In this document: positions 28,538-39,768 of the stretch, piece by piece
Layout: each line of letters begins with the position of its first letter
Position numbering within the stretch: the stretch's first letter is position 1
DNA from: an uncultured delta proteobacterium
GTDB taxonomy: Bacteria; Desulfobacterota; Binatia; UBA9968
DNA length: 56,486 nt
Direction: 5' to 3'
Assembly: GCA_963840855.1 (NCBI GenBank)
Contig: CAWJBB010000082.1
Coordinates: forward strand, 1-56,486
Program-made: the position numbers and the translations under genes
The notes under the pieces: model-generated
What the model saw: the letters and a program-made list of their open reading frames with translations, nothing else
What the model was told of the DNA's origin: nothing
Databases searched by the model: none

Positions 28538-30541
28538 GTGAGATCAGCGCTTAAATTCTCCCGCTCACCGCTTCTCGTCAGCATCCTGGTGGTTCTCTCG
28601 ATCACTCTCGGCGTAATCGGTCTGCGCGGTCTTGGTGTTCTCGAACCCCTGGAGCTTGTGGCGTACGACTGGTGCATCAGACTGCGGCCGGACGCGTCCG
28701 GACCGGATCCGCGCATCGTCCTCATCACCATCTCCGAGGATGACATTCGCAAACAGGGACGCTGGCCATTGACGGATGAGACACTGGCCGAGGCGTTGGA
28801 AATCCTCATTCGCTATTTACCCCGGTCGATCGCCATCGACCTATACCGGGATATTCCGGTTCCTCCCGGACACGACAGACTCAATCGTATCTTGACGAAG
28901 AGTCCCCGCATCATAGCGACGACGAAACTTTCGGAAGATCCGGCAAAAGTCATACCGCCGCCTCCGGCGCTAAAGGATACGGATCAGATCGGTTTCAATG
29001 ACATTCCCGTCGACCCGGATGGGATTGTGCGCCGCGGTCTGCTTATGATGGATGACGGAGAACGAACCGTCTACTCGTTCGCCTTGCGGCAGGCCCTCCT
29101 CTATCTACAGGCGGAAGGAATCACGCCACAACCTGACGCAATTAACCCAGATTATCTCAGACTCGGACAGACGACGTTACACCCGTTTGAAAGCACCGAT
29201 GGCTCGTATGTCGGCGCCGATGCGCGGGGCTATCAGATCTTGCTCGATTTCAAAGGTCTGCGATCGCCTTTCCAATCTTTTTCGCTCACCGCTCTCCTGT
29301 CCGGACAGATCGATCCCACGGCGATCAAAGACAAAGCCGTGCAGATAGGGGTCGACACCGAGAGCGTGAAAGATTCCTTTTACACGCCGCATAGCCGAGG
29401 ACTGCAAGCGCAACCCATTTCGGGGGTGGCATTGCATGCTCATGTCGTTAGCCAACTGCTGAGGTCAGCCCTCGAAGGAAGTAGGCAGATTGCGGTCCTG
29501 GGCGATAAACAGGAAGGCTTATGGACCTTGCTGTGGGGCATGATGGGAGGCTCGCTTGGTTTTTGGGTTCGTTCACCCTGGCGTTTTTCTCTCTTGGGTG
29601 GCGGCGGTCTGTTCGTCCTGAGCTGTGCCGCCTATTTTTCGTTTTTGAGCGGCTGGTGGATTCCTTTGGTGCCCCCCGCTGTGGCGTGGCTGGTCTCCGC
29701 GGCTCTGGTCACGGCTTATATTTCAAACCAAGAAAAGAAAGAGCGCGCCGTCTTGATGCAATTGTTTTCGCGACATGTCTCGGCGGAGGTTGCCGACGCC
29801 GTCTGGCGGGAACGGGAACAATTTATGGACGGAGGCCGGCCCCGGTCCCAGAAGTTCACGGCGACGGTGCTCTTTACAGACTTGAAAGCCTTTACTTCGG
29901 TATCTGAAAAGATGGATCCGCAGGCGCTGCTGGACTGGTTGAACACCTACATGGAAGCCATGGCTCAACTGGTCATGGATCACGGCGGCGTCATTGATAA
30001 CTACGTCGGCGACTCGATCAAAGCGGACTTCGGTGTGCCGTTGCCTCGAACCACCGAAGCTGCTATAGCGAAAGATGCTGTGGCTGCCGTCAATTGCGCG
30101 CTGGCGATGGAAAGGGAGTTAAAACGACTCAACGCCGACTGGCAGCAGCAAAATCTGCCCACCGTAGAGATGCGCATTGGCATTTTCACCGGACCCGTGG
30201 TGGGCGGTAGTTTGGGAAGCGCGCAACGACTCAAGTACACGACGATAGGAGACACCGTTAATGTTGCGTCGCGGCTCGAGAGCTACGACCAGGATCGTTT
30301 CGACCCCGATTTCGCAAATAGCTCTTGTCGCATTTTAATCGGCGAGCAGACGTTGCGCTATTTGAATCACCAATTCGAAACCAAGAGAGTGGGCGAGGCA
30401 GTTTTGAAAGGCAGGGACGAAGCGGTGACAATATTTCGGGTGGTGAGCCATGCGCGCGCAAATAGTAAGATCGTGGTTGAACAGGGGATAGAAAAGCTCG
30501 CAGGGGAGCAAAGCGAGTCCCTTACCCGTGAACGTAGTTGA
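28538..30541 (+). CDS. CHASE2-domain membrane class III nucleotide cyclase
   Basis: CHASE2 (DPRIVLITISEDDI, WPL, DPDGIVRR, GVALHA), TM helices, cyclase motifs VLFTDL, VGD, MRIGI and GDTVNVASRLES. Confidence 0.95.
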   Translation: MRSALKFSRSPLLVSILVVLSITLGVIGLRGLGVLEPLELVAYDWCIRLRPDASGPDPRIVLITISEDDIRKQGRWPLTDETLAEALEILIRYLPRSIAIDLYRDIPVPPGHDRLNRILTKSPRIIATTKLSEDPAKVIPPPPALKDTDQIGFNDIPVDPDGIVRRGLLMMDDGERTVYSFALRQALLYLQAEGITPQPDAINPDYLRLGQTTLHPFESTDGSYVGADARGYQILLDFKGLRSPFQSFSLTALLSGQIDPTAIKDKAVQIGVDTESVKDSFYTPHSRGLQAQPISGVALHAHVVSQLLRSALEGSRQIAVLGDKQEGLWTLLWGMMGGSLGFWVRSPWRFSLLGGGGLFVLSCAAYFSFLSGWWIPLVPPAVAWLVSAALVTAYISNQEKKERAVLMQLFSRHVSAEVADAVWREREQFMDGGRPRSQKFTATVLFTDLKAFTSVSEKMDPQALLDWLNTYMEAMAQLVMDHGGVIDNYVGDSIKADFGVPLPRTTEAAIAKDAVAAVNCALAMERELKRLNADWQQQNLPTVEMRIGIFTGPVVGGSLGSAQRLKYTTIGDTVNVASRLESYDQDRFDPDFANSSCRILIGEQTLRYLNHQFETKRVGEAVLKGRDEAVTIFRVVSHARANSKIVVEQGIEKLAGEQSESLTRERS

Positions 30542-30788
30542 CAGTCTGCAATGAAGTTGACAGTTTGATTAAGCAGTTGCATTTGCAAAACGTTTTCTCC
30601 GAACGGTTCCCGGGTGTGAGTTTCGCAGGCGAAAAACGCATTATCGTAGTCCACGATGGTAAGAGATACACTCCGTAATTCTCCGATTGCTTCGGTAAGT
30701 TGGTCGAGTCGGCTTCCGTTCTTAAACGATGGCATTGAGATTGCTTTACAATCGGTAGAACGTGAATGATCATGGAGGAAAATACAAC

Positions 30789-31478
30789 ATGAAGTACATC
30801 GGGACAAAAGTGTGGATCGCTGTTGCAGCGCTCATTCTGGGCACGCCCTTGTTCGTTTTAGCAGCGGATGCTCAACCCGCCACTGGCGCGCCGGTTTACA
30901 AACCTCCTATACGTGGAAATCCAGGCGGCCGTGTCGGCGGCGGCACGCGCGGAATCCAGCGCGAGGTGTTTGTGCTCTCAGTTCTGGCGCCGGATCATAG
31001 TGGGTTCACCACTAGCGAACAGCCCTCCCTCTACTGGTACATCTCGAACTCCACCTCTCTGCCTGTGGAACTCACCGTGATGGACCCTCAGGGAGTTCAA
31101 CCCATCCTGGAAACTCGTCTTCCGGCTCCCATCCAGGCCGGCGTGCACCGCGTGCGCCTAGCCGACCACAAAATTCGCCTCTCGCCTGGCGCGCCGTATC
31201 GGTGGTTTGTGGCGGTGGTCCCGGATGCCGATCGTCGGTCCAAAGACATACTCGCCGGCGGCGCAATCGAGCGCGTCGAAGTGCCGGCGGAGCTGACGGC
31301 AAAACTGACCAAAGCCCAAAAGTCGGAGGTTCCTTTCCTCTACGCGGAAGCCGGCCTGTGGTACGACGCCGTAAAAGCCATCTCGGATTTGATCGAGGCC
31401 GCGCCGCAGGACCAGGCACTTCGCCAGCAGCGCACCTCGTTGCTGGCACAGGTGGGCTTGGCGGGAATCAGTGAATAG
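30789..31478 (+). CDS. DUF928 domain protein (secreted)
   Basis: Signal peptide; YKPP..GRVGGGTRG, LAP..G.T..EQPSLYWY, YAEAGLWYDA and LLAQVGL motifs. Confidence 0.9.
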   Translation: MKYIGTKVWIAVAALILGTPLFVLAADAQPATGAPVYKPPIRGNPGGRVGGGTRGIQREVFVLSVLAPDHSGFTTSEQPSLYWYISNSTSLPVELTVMDPQGVQPILETRLPAPIQAGVHRVRLADHKIRLSPGAPYRWFVAVVPDADRRSKDILAGGAIERVEVPAELTAKLTKAQKSEVPFLYAEAGLWYDAVKAISDLIEAAPQDQALRQQRTSLLAQVGLAGISE

Positions 31479-31508
31479 TGTCTAGTGCTGGTCTTTTTTC
31501 GTCAACCA

Positions 31509-31543
31509 GCAGGGGCGGGGTTGAAACCCGCCCCTGCCTTTTT
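31509..31543 (+). terminator. Hairpin plus T-tract after DUF928 (REP-like sequence)
   Basis: gcaggggcggg-gttgaaa-cccgcccctgc followed by cttttt. Confidence 0.7.
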
Positions 31544-31544
31544 A

Positions 31545-31684
31545 TTCTCCTTTGCCGAATACCTCGCAGCTTGCTGCGAGGATGAAGGTGAGGAGAACCC
31601 TCCGTAGCCTTGGCGAAGGAGGGTGGAACGGCTTCGGAGAATTTCGCAAAGATACCTCGGAGCTTTGCTCCGAGGAGCTTCATT
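31545..31684. mobile_element. Non-autonomous palindrome-ended element (IS200/IS605 PATE-like)
   Basis: Two similar hairpins in the same orientation, cctcgcagc-tt-gctgcgagg (31562-31581) and cctcggagc-ttt-gctccgagg (31655-31675), each preceded by ATA; internal hairpin ccctcc..ggaggg. Confidence 0.55.
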
Positions 31685-31810
31685 CCCCGACGCTCTCGAA
31701 ACGTTCAACGAACTTCACTGACAGCCCCACTAGCGTAGCTAGTATCTTGTAACTAACTAGCCAAAACTATTTGAAATTCTGAATCCAAGAAGACATCGGA
31801 AGAGCCTTAT

Positions 31811-31890
31811 CTCGCGCAAAGACGCAAAGGGCGCCAAGGTTCGGCGAAATACGAAAAATCTTTCTTTGCGAGCTTGGCGTCTTTGCGCGA
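31811..31890. repeat. Intergenic inverted-repeat element (TCGCGCAAAGACGC / GCGTCTTTGCGCGA)
   Basis: 14-bp perfect inverted arms with 9-bp internal periodicity. Confidence 0.8.
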
Positions 31891-31962
31891 TAACATTTTT
31901 TCTCACTTCAGTTCTGAGTATAAAATGTTAAGGATAAATTCTCAGACGGTAAGACGATGCCG

Positions 31963-33669
31963 CTAGAAAATCCCGATGCCGAATTGCAGATGAATCCCAT
32001 GGTCTTGGAGAGAGTCGTGAGGATTGAAAACTTTCTTTAATCGATATCCCCAATAGACTTCGAATTGAGGGCGGATGGGAACGGGCCGCAAGAACGTGCG
32101 CGCCCATCGAAGCCCAGTCCCGACACTGTAAATATACTGCGGCTGTGGGGTTGGACGTCCCTTGTTCCATCCCCTGCCGAAATCTACGAACGGGGCGAAC
32201 TCCAGATAATCGGCCCAGCGAGTATTGCGAAATACCGGCACGCGCATCTCCAGGGAAGACAGCACTGCCTGGTCCGTCAACAGGGTGTTCTCCCGGTATC
32301 CGCGCACACTGTATCGCCCACCGACAGAGATCTGCTCCAGGGACAAAAGGGGATTATCGGATACCTGGAAACTCGACCGATAGATCAGATAAGTGTCCAG
32401 GAATCCGAGACGCTGGACCCATTGAAATTGGCCTAGCCAAGCGAAAAAAATCCCGTCCGGCAAACCATTCTTGTTAATCGTCGCTCCTAACGCATTCAGC
32501 CCCCAAGAAAAGCGCGATCGGGCAGCGATAACTTGGTACTGTGTGCGATAGACAAATTCCTGAGCCGTCCGCAGAGCCGCGACCACGGATCTGCCGTGCT
32601 GAGCCCCCGGCTCCAGGGAGAACGGCTCTCCCAACACAGACGTCTGTAGCCAGAGACGCTCGCCAATAAGCTCCAGGGAAAAGTCACTGTTGAGCGTGCG
32701 ATAGACCGGCTGTCTCAAGGTCAAGGTATAAATATCCGATTTGCTATTGACGTCTATTTCTTGGAATGGTTGCTCGACCACGGCCAACGTGTTTCTCCGA
32801 TACTCGTAGCTGCCAGTCGTGTCATAGGCATTGAACGGGAATGAATACTTGAAATCGAGCAGTGGATCGAGACCTTTCGATCGCCCGTACTGCCCAAAGA
32901 GTACATCTCCGTTGCCAGTGAGGTTTTCATGCCATAGGGTGACGAGGCCCCGGTTCTCTCCCACAGAGGGTGATTGGTAGTTGTTGTACTCCGACAAGAG
33001 TCTGTACGGAGTCCTCTCTTCGACGCGCACATCCAAAATGCCCTCGCCGCGCTTTAGCCCCGGCTTCAACTCCGCATTCAGACGCTGAATGCGCTGATCC
33101 TCCAGCAAGAGTTGCAAGCGCCGCTGCAACAGATTGACGTTGAGAGGAGGGCCGGCATCAAGAAAAAATCGCTTCTGGAAATAGCTGGAGCGAAACCACC
33201 GGTTTCCTTCCACGTCAACAGCAGTCAACCGACCCTCGATGATCTGATAAGTCACCACGCCTTCGGTCACCTTCTGATCCGGAAGGATCGCCCCGGAATT
33301 GACATAGCCGTTGTTGACATAGAGGAGCGTCAACGCCACGCGAAGCGCCTCCAGATCCTCCGATGTCAGTTCCCGGTTCAGATACGGAGCGGTGACTTTC
33401 GCCAGCTCTTCAGCCGAAAAGACCGTGCTGCCGGTTACCCTGATCTCGCGCACAAAGACGCGCAAGGTTGGAAACGGCGCTGTTTCCGGCGGAATTGGGG
33501 TAGGAGGTAGCAGTGTTCCTGGTGGAGGAATGGGAGGTTCCAACTTCTCTGGCAGCGTCGGCGGTTCTCCAGAGCGGCCGGTTGGATCCACGGGAAAGGG
33601 AACGCCGACAGTTGCAGCTTGGGCGCTAGCTGATGCGAAGATCAAAAAAAATAGGAACAGCGCGAGCAC
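31963..33669 (-). CDS. TpsB outer-membrane transporter (ShlB/FhaC/HecB family)
   Basis: POTRA domains (VTGSTVFS, YVNNGYVNSGA, IIEG), GGRYSVRGYREN motif, C-terminal Phe. Confidence 0.95.
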   Translation of the reverse strand: MLALFLFFLIFASASAQAATVGVPFPVDPTGRSGEPPTLPEKLEPPIPPPGTLLPPTPIPPETAPFPTLRVFVREIRVTGSTVFSAEELAKVTAPYLNRELTSEDLEALRVALTLLYVNNGYVNSGAILPDQKVTEGVVTYQIIEGRLTAVDVEGNRWFRSSYFQKRFFLDAGPPLNVNLLQRRLQLLLEDQRIQRLNAELKPGLKRGEGILDVRVEERTPYRLLSEYNNYQSPSVGENRGLVTLWHENLTGNGDVLFGQYGRSKGLDPLLDFKYSFPFNAYDTTGSYEYRRNTLAVVEQPFQEIDVNSKSDIYTLTLRQPVYRTLNSDFSLELIGERLWLQTSVLGEPFSLEPGAQHGRSVVAALRTAQEFVYRTQYQVIAARSRFSWGLNALGATINKNGLPDGIFFAWLGQFQWVQRLGFLDTYLIYRSSFQVSDNPLLSLEQISVGGRYSVRGYRENTLLTDQAVLSSLEMRVPVFRNTRWADYLEFAPFVDFGRGWNKGRPTPQPQYIYSVGTGLRWARTFLRPVPIRPQFEVYWGYRLKKVFNPHDSLQDHGIHLQFGIGIF

Positions 33670-33825
33670 CGCTCTCCATCACCTCCTCGCTCTCATTTAG
33701 TTTGTTTTGACTTTAACCTGAGACCGGAAATTTGGACAGGGAGAGGGGATGTACGGACGTCAAGACCATGAGCTTTTTCTGATAGTGGGTAATCCCAATC
33801 AAAGGTTAGAGTCCTTCTCAGGATT

Positions 33826-33923
33826 CCGCTGAAAAACACCCCCGCTCATGCTTCGACGGACTTATCAGCATGAACGGAAAATCGTCAACACTAACTAGGA
33901 TGATTCCCGTTCGCCCTGAGCTT
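33826..33923. repeat. Truncated copy of the CTTCGAC..CAGCATG / CCGTTCGCCCTGAGC element
   Basis: Matches the left three-quarters of the element at 51317-51439 and ends at the TpsA stop codon. Confidence 0.7.
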
Positions 33924-36900
33924 ATAAGGAACATTTAGCATTTGGCAAGAGACTGTACTGATTCGAAAGTCGATCCTTAGACCCAAGGAGGGTGAACCGC
34001 AAGGGCATTTCCTGAGTAATTGATTTGGGGGCTATAGAGGGGTCTGACACATAGAGCGGGCTTGGTAACAGACTGCCCGGCTGGAGCGGCACACCGTCGC
34101 GCCCGCCGACCACCAGACTGCTTGCTTTCCCCCCGGCGAACCGAGCGGCGCACGATGCCCGCAGAAGTTCCGTGGCCTCGAGCGGCGTTGACGGTAACTG
34201 GGCAAAGCTCCCAGTAACATCGGTAAAGGTGGCTTCAATAGCGATCGTCCCCGGCGTACTCAGGGCCGATGAGGCGCTGACGATACTGTTGGAGGGGAGA
34301 AAAGTTTCCGCGACGATATTGATGTTGCCTCCGGGCCCGCCGAAGGCGTCAGCGCGGATCTCAGTGTTATTCAAAAGGACAAAATCCGAACCGATGGTGA
34401 TGTTGCCTCCACTTCCTGCCCCGCTCCCAACACTCGTCGTAATCTGGCTGTCGTTCAGACGCACCATTGATCCGGTGGTGGTGATAGAAATATTGCCGCC
34501 GTCGGCCTGAGTGGACGCTGTCGTGATGCTGCCGTTTTGCATCTGGACCAACTCCCCGGCCACGATGTTCACGTTCCCCGCCGTGGCGGTAGCGCTCCCA
34601 GTACTGTTCGCAGAAATGGCTCCAGCGTCAGTGATTTGGAGTTGAGCCGCTTGGATATTGATGGTGCCGCCAGGCCCCGTGCCGGAGGCGTTGCTCAATA
34701 CTCCAGTACCCGGACCGGAGATCGAGGCCGAGTCCGTGGCGTTGGCCAACACGGTTCCACCTTGACCCGCCCCGCTTGTGCTGCTGACAATCTGCGCTCC
34801 GCCGGTAAGACTAAAATTATTCACGTTCAGCAACACGTTGCCAGCATTTCCGGCGCCAGAAGTGGCCACCGAGATCGTCCCGCCATTAGCCATAGCCAGG
34901 GTCGGCGTGGAGACAGTAACCTCTCCTGCGTTCCCCGTGCTCGACGCCGTGCTGAACAACCCACTCGGTAGACTCCCACTCCCAGAAATAGAGACCGATT
35001 CTCCCGCTGTGGCCGTCACACTTCCACCCTGACCGGAGCCGGTCGTGTTGCTCACGACCTGAGCGCCACCCGTGAGGCTAAAAGTATTTGCATTCAGCAA
35101 GATGCTCCCCGCGCTTCCTGCTCCCAAGGTCTCAACCGAAATCTTCCCGCCATCCGCCATCGCCAACGTCGGCACGGGTGTAGAGCCCGGCGCGGCGACC
35201 GTGATCTGCCCGGCATTTCCAGTGCTTTCCGCCGTGCTGAACAGCCCGCTCCCTGTGCCTGAGATGGACACGAGTTCGCTGGCCGTCAACCCCAGCGTCC
35301 CACCAGCGCCAGCACCGCTCGTGCTGCTCTCGACCCGAGATCCACCACCTGTCTGGGTAAACTCGCTGACATTGAGCGAGATGCTGCCAGCATTGCCGAT
35401 ATTGGAAGTGCTGCTTAGAACCTGCGCGCCACCTGTGAGGCTAAGAGTGTTCGCATTCAGCAAAATGCTCCCAGCGCTTCCCGCTCCCGATGTCGCTACC
35501 GATATCGTCCCGCCATCAGCCATCGTCAACGTCGGCACGGGCGCTAAAGCTGGCGCCGATACGGTAATCTGCCCCGCATTCCCGGTGCTAGAGGCCGTGC
35601 TGAATAACCCGCTCGGTAGGCTCCCACTCCCAGAAATGGACATGGACTCCGTCGCCGTGGCCGTCACACTTCCACCTTGACCAGAGCCGCTCGTGCTGCT
35701 TACGACCTGAGCACCACCTGTGAGGCTAAAAGTATTCGCATTCAGCAAAGATACTCCCGGCGCTTCCTGCTCCCGACTCCGAGCGATGTCACAACCGATA
35801 TCTTCCCATCATCGCCGATCGTCAATGTCGGCACGGGTGTAGATCCCGGCGCGGCTACCGTGATCTGCCCGGCATTTCCCGTGCTCGACGCCGTGCTGAA
35901 TAACCCGCTCCCGCACCTGAGATGGACACGAGTTCGCTGGCCGTCAACTCCAGCGTCCCGCCAGCGCCAGCACCGCTCGTGCTGCTCTCGACCCGAGATC
36001 CACCACCTGTCTGGGTAAACTCGCTGACATTGAGCGAGATGCTGCCAGCATTGCCGATATTGGTAGTGCTACTTACAACCTGCGCGCCACCTGTGAGGCT
36101 AAGAGTGTTCGCATTCAGCAAAATGCTCCCAGCGCTTCCCGCTCCCGATGTCGCTACCGAAATCGTTCCGCCATCAGCCATCGTCAACGTCGGCACGGGC
36201 GCTAAAGCTGGCGCCGATACGGTAATCTGCCCCGCATTCCCGGTGCTAGAGGCCGTGCTGAATAACCCGCTCGGTAGGCTCCCACTCCCAGAAATGGACA
36301 TGGACTGCGTCGCCGTGGCCGTCACACTTCCACCTTGTCCAAAGCCGCTCGTGCTGCTTTCGACCTGAGCACCACCTGTGAGGCTAAAATTATTCGCATT
36401 CACAAAGATACTCCCGGCGCTTCCTGCTCCCGACTCCTTGAGCGATGTCACAACCGATATTTTCCCATTATCGCCGATCGTCAATGTCGGCACGGGTGTA
36501 GATCCCGGCGCGGCGACCGTGATCTGCCCGGCATTTCCTGTGCCCGACGCTGTGCTGAATAACCCGCTGCCCGCACCTGAGATGGACACGAGTTCGCTGG
36601 CCGTCAACTCCAGCGTCCCGCCAGCGCCAGCACCGCTCGTGCTGCTCTCGACCCGAGATCCACCACCTGTCTGGGTAAACTCGCTGACATTGAGCGAGAT
36701 GCTGCCAGCATTGCCGATATTGGTAGTGCTACTTACAACCTGCGCGCCACCTGTGAGGCTAAGAGTGTTCGCATTCAGCAAAATGCTTCCAGCACTGCCC
36801 GCTCCCGATGTCGCAACCGAAATCTTCCCACCGTTAGCCATTGTGAAGGTCGGCACGGGCATCAAAGACGGCGCAGAAACAGTAATCTGACCGGCATTCC

Positions 36901-39550
36901 CGGTGCTAGAGGCCGTGCTGAGTAACCCACTCCCACTCCCCGAAATAAAGATCGATTCTCCCGCCGTGGCTGCCACACTTCCACCTTGACCAGAGCCAGT
37001 CGTGCTACTCACGACCTGCGACCCACCTGTGAGGCTAAGAGTGTTGCCATTCAGCAAAATGCTCCCGGCACTTCCCGCTCCCGATGTCGCAACCGATATT
37101 GTCCCACCGTCAGCCATGGCCAATGTCGGTGCGGACACAGCGATCTGCCCGGCATTCCCAGTCCCGACGATCAACTGACCGTTAACCATTTGCCCACTTG
37201 CGGAGGTAAGGCTACCACCATTCTGGACATTGACTTGATTGGCACTCAGAGAAATGTTGCCTGCGTTGCCATTGCCCAACGTCGTTGTCGAAACACTCCC
37301 GTCCGAGAGGGAGACTGCGTCAGCGGCGCTGATGGTGACCTCACCGGCATTACCGGTGCCAACGAAAAGCAAAGTGCTACCAGGGTTTTCCGGATCAGGT
37401 ACTGCAAACCCGCTGCGGCTGCGGATTTCAGCACCACCGCTTACGATTAGAGACCCTACTTGCCCCTGAACTGCGCCGGCATTGCCGTCCCAGCCGGTCG
37501 ATGAGTCTACCAGCGCCCCCGCACTCATGGTCAACTGGGGTGTAGATATAGAAACTTTCCCCGCGTTCCCGACCGTCAGGTCATCCACTGCAATAACCCC
37601 GAACACATCGCGCAACATGCGCAGCACGTCGAAAAGACTCGGGTCGGGTATACCCAGGGTATCTGTAGCCATTTGGCGCAGCATTGCGTAATTGGCTTGT
37701 TCCTCGCCGACGTTGAATAGCGCCGCGAAACTGTCGAGCGCCGATTCAGGTGGGGTAGTTGTCACACTGAATATGCCAGTAGCATCCCCCGATATGTTGA
37801 TTCCCTTCGCGGCAGTCACAGTGCCAGCACCGCCGTCGCCGCTACCGCCCGTGGTGGCGCTGACTCTGAAGCCGCTCGTCATTGTGATCTGGCCGGTGGC
37901 GTTTATCGTGATATTCCCCGAGTTTCCGGCCAGAATACTCTGCGATGCGATCGCCCCTTTACTGGCCCCGTCCCTGGACAAAGACATATCGCCGGCATTG
38001 ATGAATATGTCGCCGGCGCGGCCAAACGCGAAGCTGTCGGTGGTAATTTCCGCACCACCGCGCACGGTAAGCGACTTGGCAGCATTGACCGTGAGTGTAC
38101 CCCCATCTGCGAAAGTGAGCGCGGGATCCAGTGGAACACTCGGGCCCGCGGGATCCAGTGGAATACCCGAGTAGAAGAGGCTGAAGAAGCTTTGCGCCGC
38201 CAATCCGGTGAACCCTGGGTTGTTGTCCCCGGACAGCAACACTTCTTGCGCGTTGATAGTCAGACTCCCGCCGGGTCCCGCAAAGAGGTTGTTCACACTC
38301 ATCGAGGCACCGTCTCGCACTTCGACGGTGTTCGCAGTAATAACTACGTCGGCCGCGGTCCCTGGGCCGAATCTGTCACTCTGAATTCGCACGGGTCCAG
38401 ACAAAGACACCGAGTCCGCCTGCACTCGGATGTCAGGCACGTCCCCGGGCTCGCCAGGGCCAGCGGGGGCCGGCCCGGTGCGGATGCCTCCCGGCATGGC
38501 CATAATGACCTGGTCGATTCCCGTTGCACGAAGATTGATGTCGCTCGCGACTTTGATGTCGATCGCACCGCCATTCGGCGAGCCGAGGAAGAAGCCCGGA
38601 AACAGGGCGGCGTCATTCATCACGAGACGCCCGCCACGGACGAATATTTCCTTGGCATCGACGATGCTGTCAGACAACAACTCAAAGCCGTCCACAACGA
38701 CATTACCACCCTTGATGCTAATGTCGCCGAGCCGGGCAAAGTTATCGACATTGATTGCTCCGCTGCTATCAATAGCCGCCTCTCCGGATGAGGCTACACT
38801 GACGAGATTGATCCGCCCGCCGGGTGCGACCAGATAGGCCGGTCTGGCATCTTGAATAATCTGACCGTTCGCGTCCCTTCGCTCCGCAGCACCGAGATTG
38901 ATCGGTCCACCCACCAACGAAAGTGTTTTCCCGTCGGGTACGTTGAGAACATTGACCTGGCCGAGGCTAAAGTCGAGCCCGCCTCTAAGCACATCGATCG
39001 GCGCAGGGGCAGGGTTGGATGGCAAAAAGCCGAAGGCGGACGGGGGCGCGGTGGTGAGCAGATTGTCGGCTGATGACGGAACCGCGTTGAAGCTCGCCCC
39101 ATCCGCAAGGCGGATATAGTCTGCCGTCGTTGCGTGAAATGACCCGCTCACGTCGAGCTGCGCATTGGGCCCGAACAGAATACCGCTGGGATTCAGCAAG
39201 AACAGGTTGGCACCGGATATCGTGGATCGTAGCGTGCCGTCGATCTCAGAGCGAGTTCCCCCGGTCACGCGAGCCAGAATGTTTTGGATCACAGGGAGAC
39301 CATTGAAACTCGCGATATCGCCCGTGCCAACACTGAACTGGCTGAAACTGTGGAATTGATTGGTTCCCTTGATCCTCCCGCCGCTAATGTTGAAAATGTT
39401 ACCCGACGGAGTGATTGTCGTGCCGAGGGTCAGGTCCGGTTTGATGTTAGTTATTACTTGAGCGTGACTGACGATGGGGACGCCGCCCGCAAGCAAGCAG
39501 GCAAGGAAAATAAGGTATGACAACAAAGACCGGCGGCGACGATTAACCAT
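33922..39550 (-). CDS. TpsA filamentous-haemagglutinin-family exoprotein (~1876 aa if repaired), split by indels at ~35745-35912
   Basis: Signal peptide, TPS domain (NQFHSFSQF, ANLFLLNPSGILFGPNAQL), G/S/T-rich beta-helix repeats, C-terminal C..SSLVVGGRDGVP; ORFs 35855..39550 and 33922..35748. Confidence 0.9.
35040..37020. repeat. Three near-identical ~660-bp tandem repeats inside tpsA
   Basis: Marker ctgacattgagcgagatgctgccagcattgccgatatt recurs near 35367, 36024 and 36684. Confidence 0.85.
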
Positions 39551-39768
39551 GTTGTAGCTGAATCCTATAAAAATAAAGGCCGACGTGTCACGTAGACATG
39601 GATTGCCCCGCCCAGTAATGAAAACTGGCTTTAACGTTGGATATCGATCGTCTGGTCTTTAAACATGCATTCATCTCTCGGGATCGGTAGCATATCGGCG
39701 AAAACTTGATGGGCAACGGCAGATCCGTTGCCCATCATGACCCTCAGTACTCCTATTTTGGGTTGCGG

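Noticed and set aside
31468-31752. Short ORFs over the repeat region (also 51148..51357 and 12376..12627)
   Set aside because: Translations of palindromic or tandem repeats with no protein-family motifs
33669-33696. Selenocysteine or pseudogene call for tpsB from the in-frame ATG 33696 ... TGA 33681-33679 (MRARR*WRAV)
   Set aside because: The site is in a signal-peptide region with no redox motif, and the GTG at 33669 has a usable RBS, so the gene can be intact
35040-37020. Diversity-generating retroelement template/variable repeats
   Set aside because: No reverse transcriptase; the repeats are tandem coding duplications without adenine-specific variation
33922-39550. Contact-dependent inhibition (CdiA) toxin
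   Set aside because: No VENN/pre-toxin motif, no recognisable toxin domain and no small immunity gene downstream
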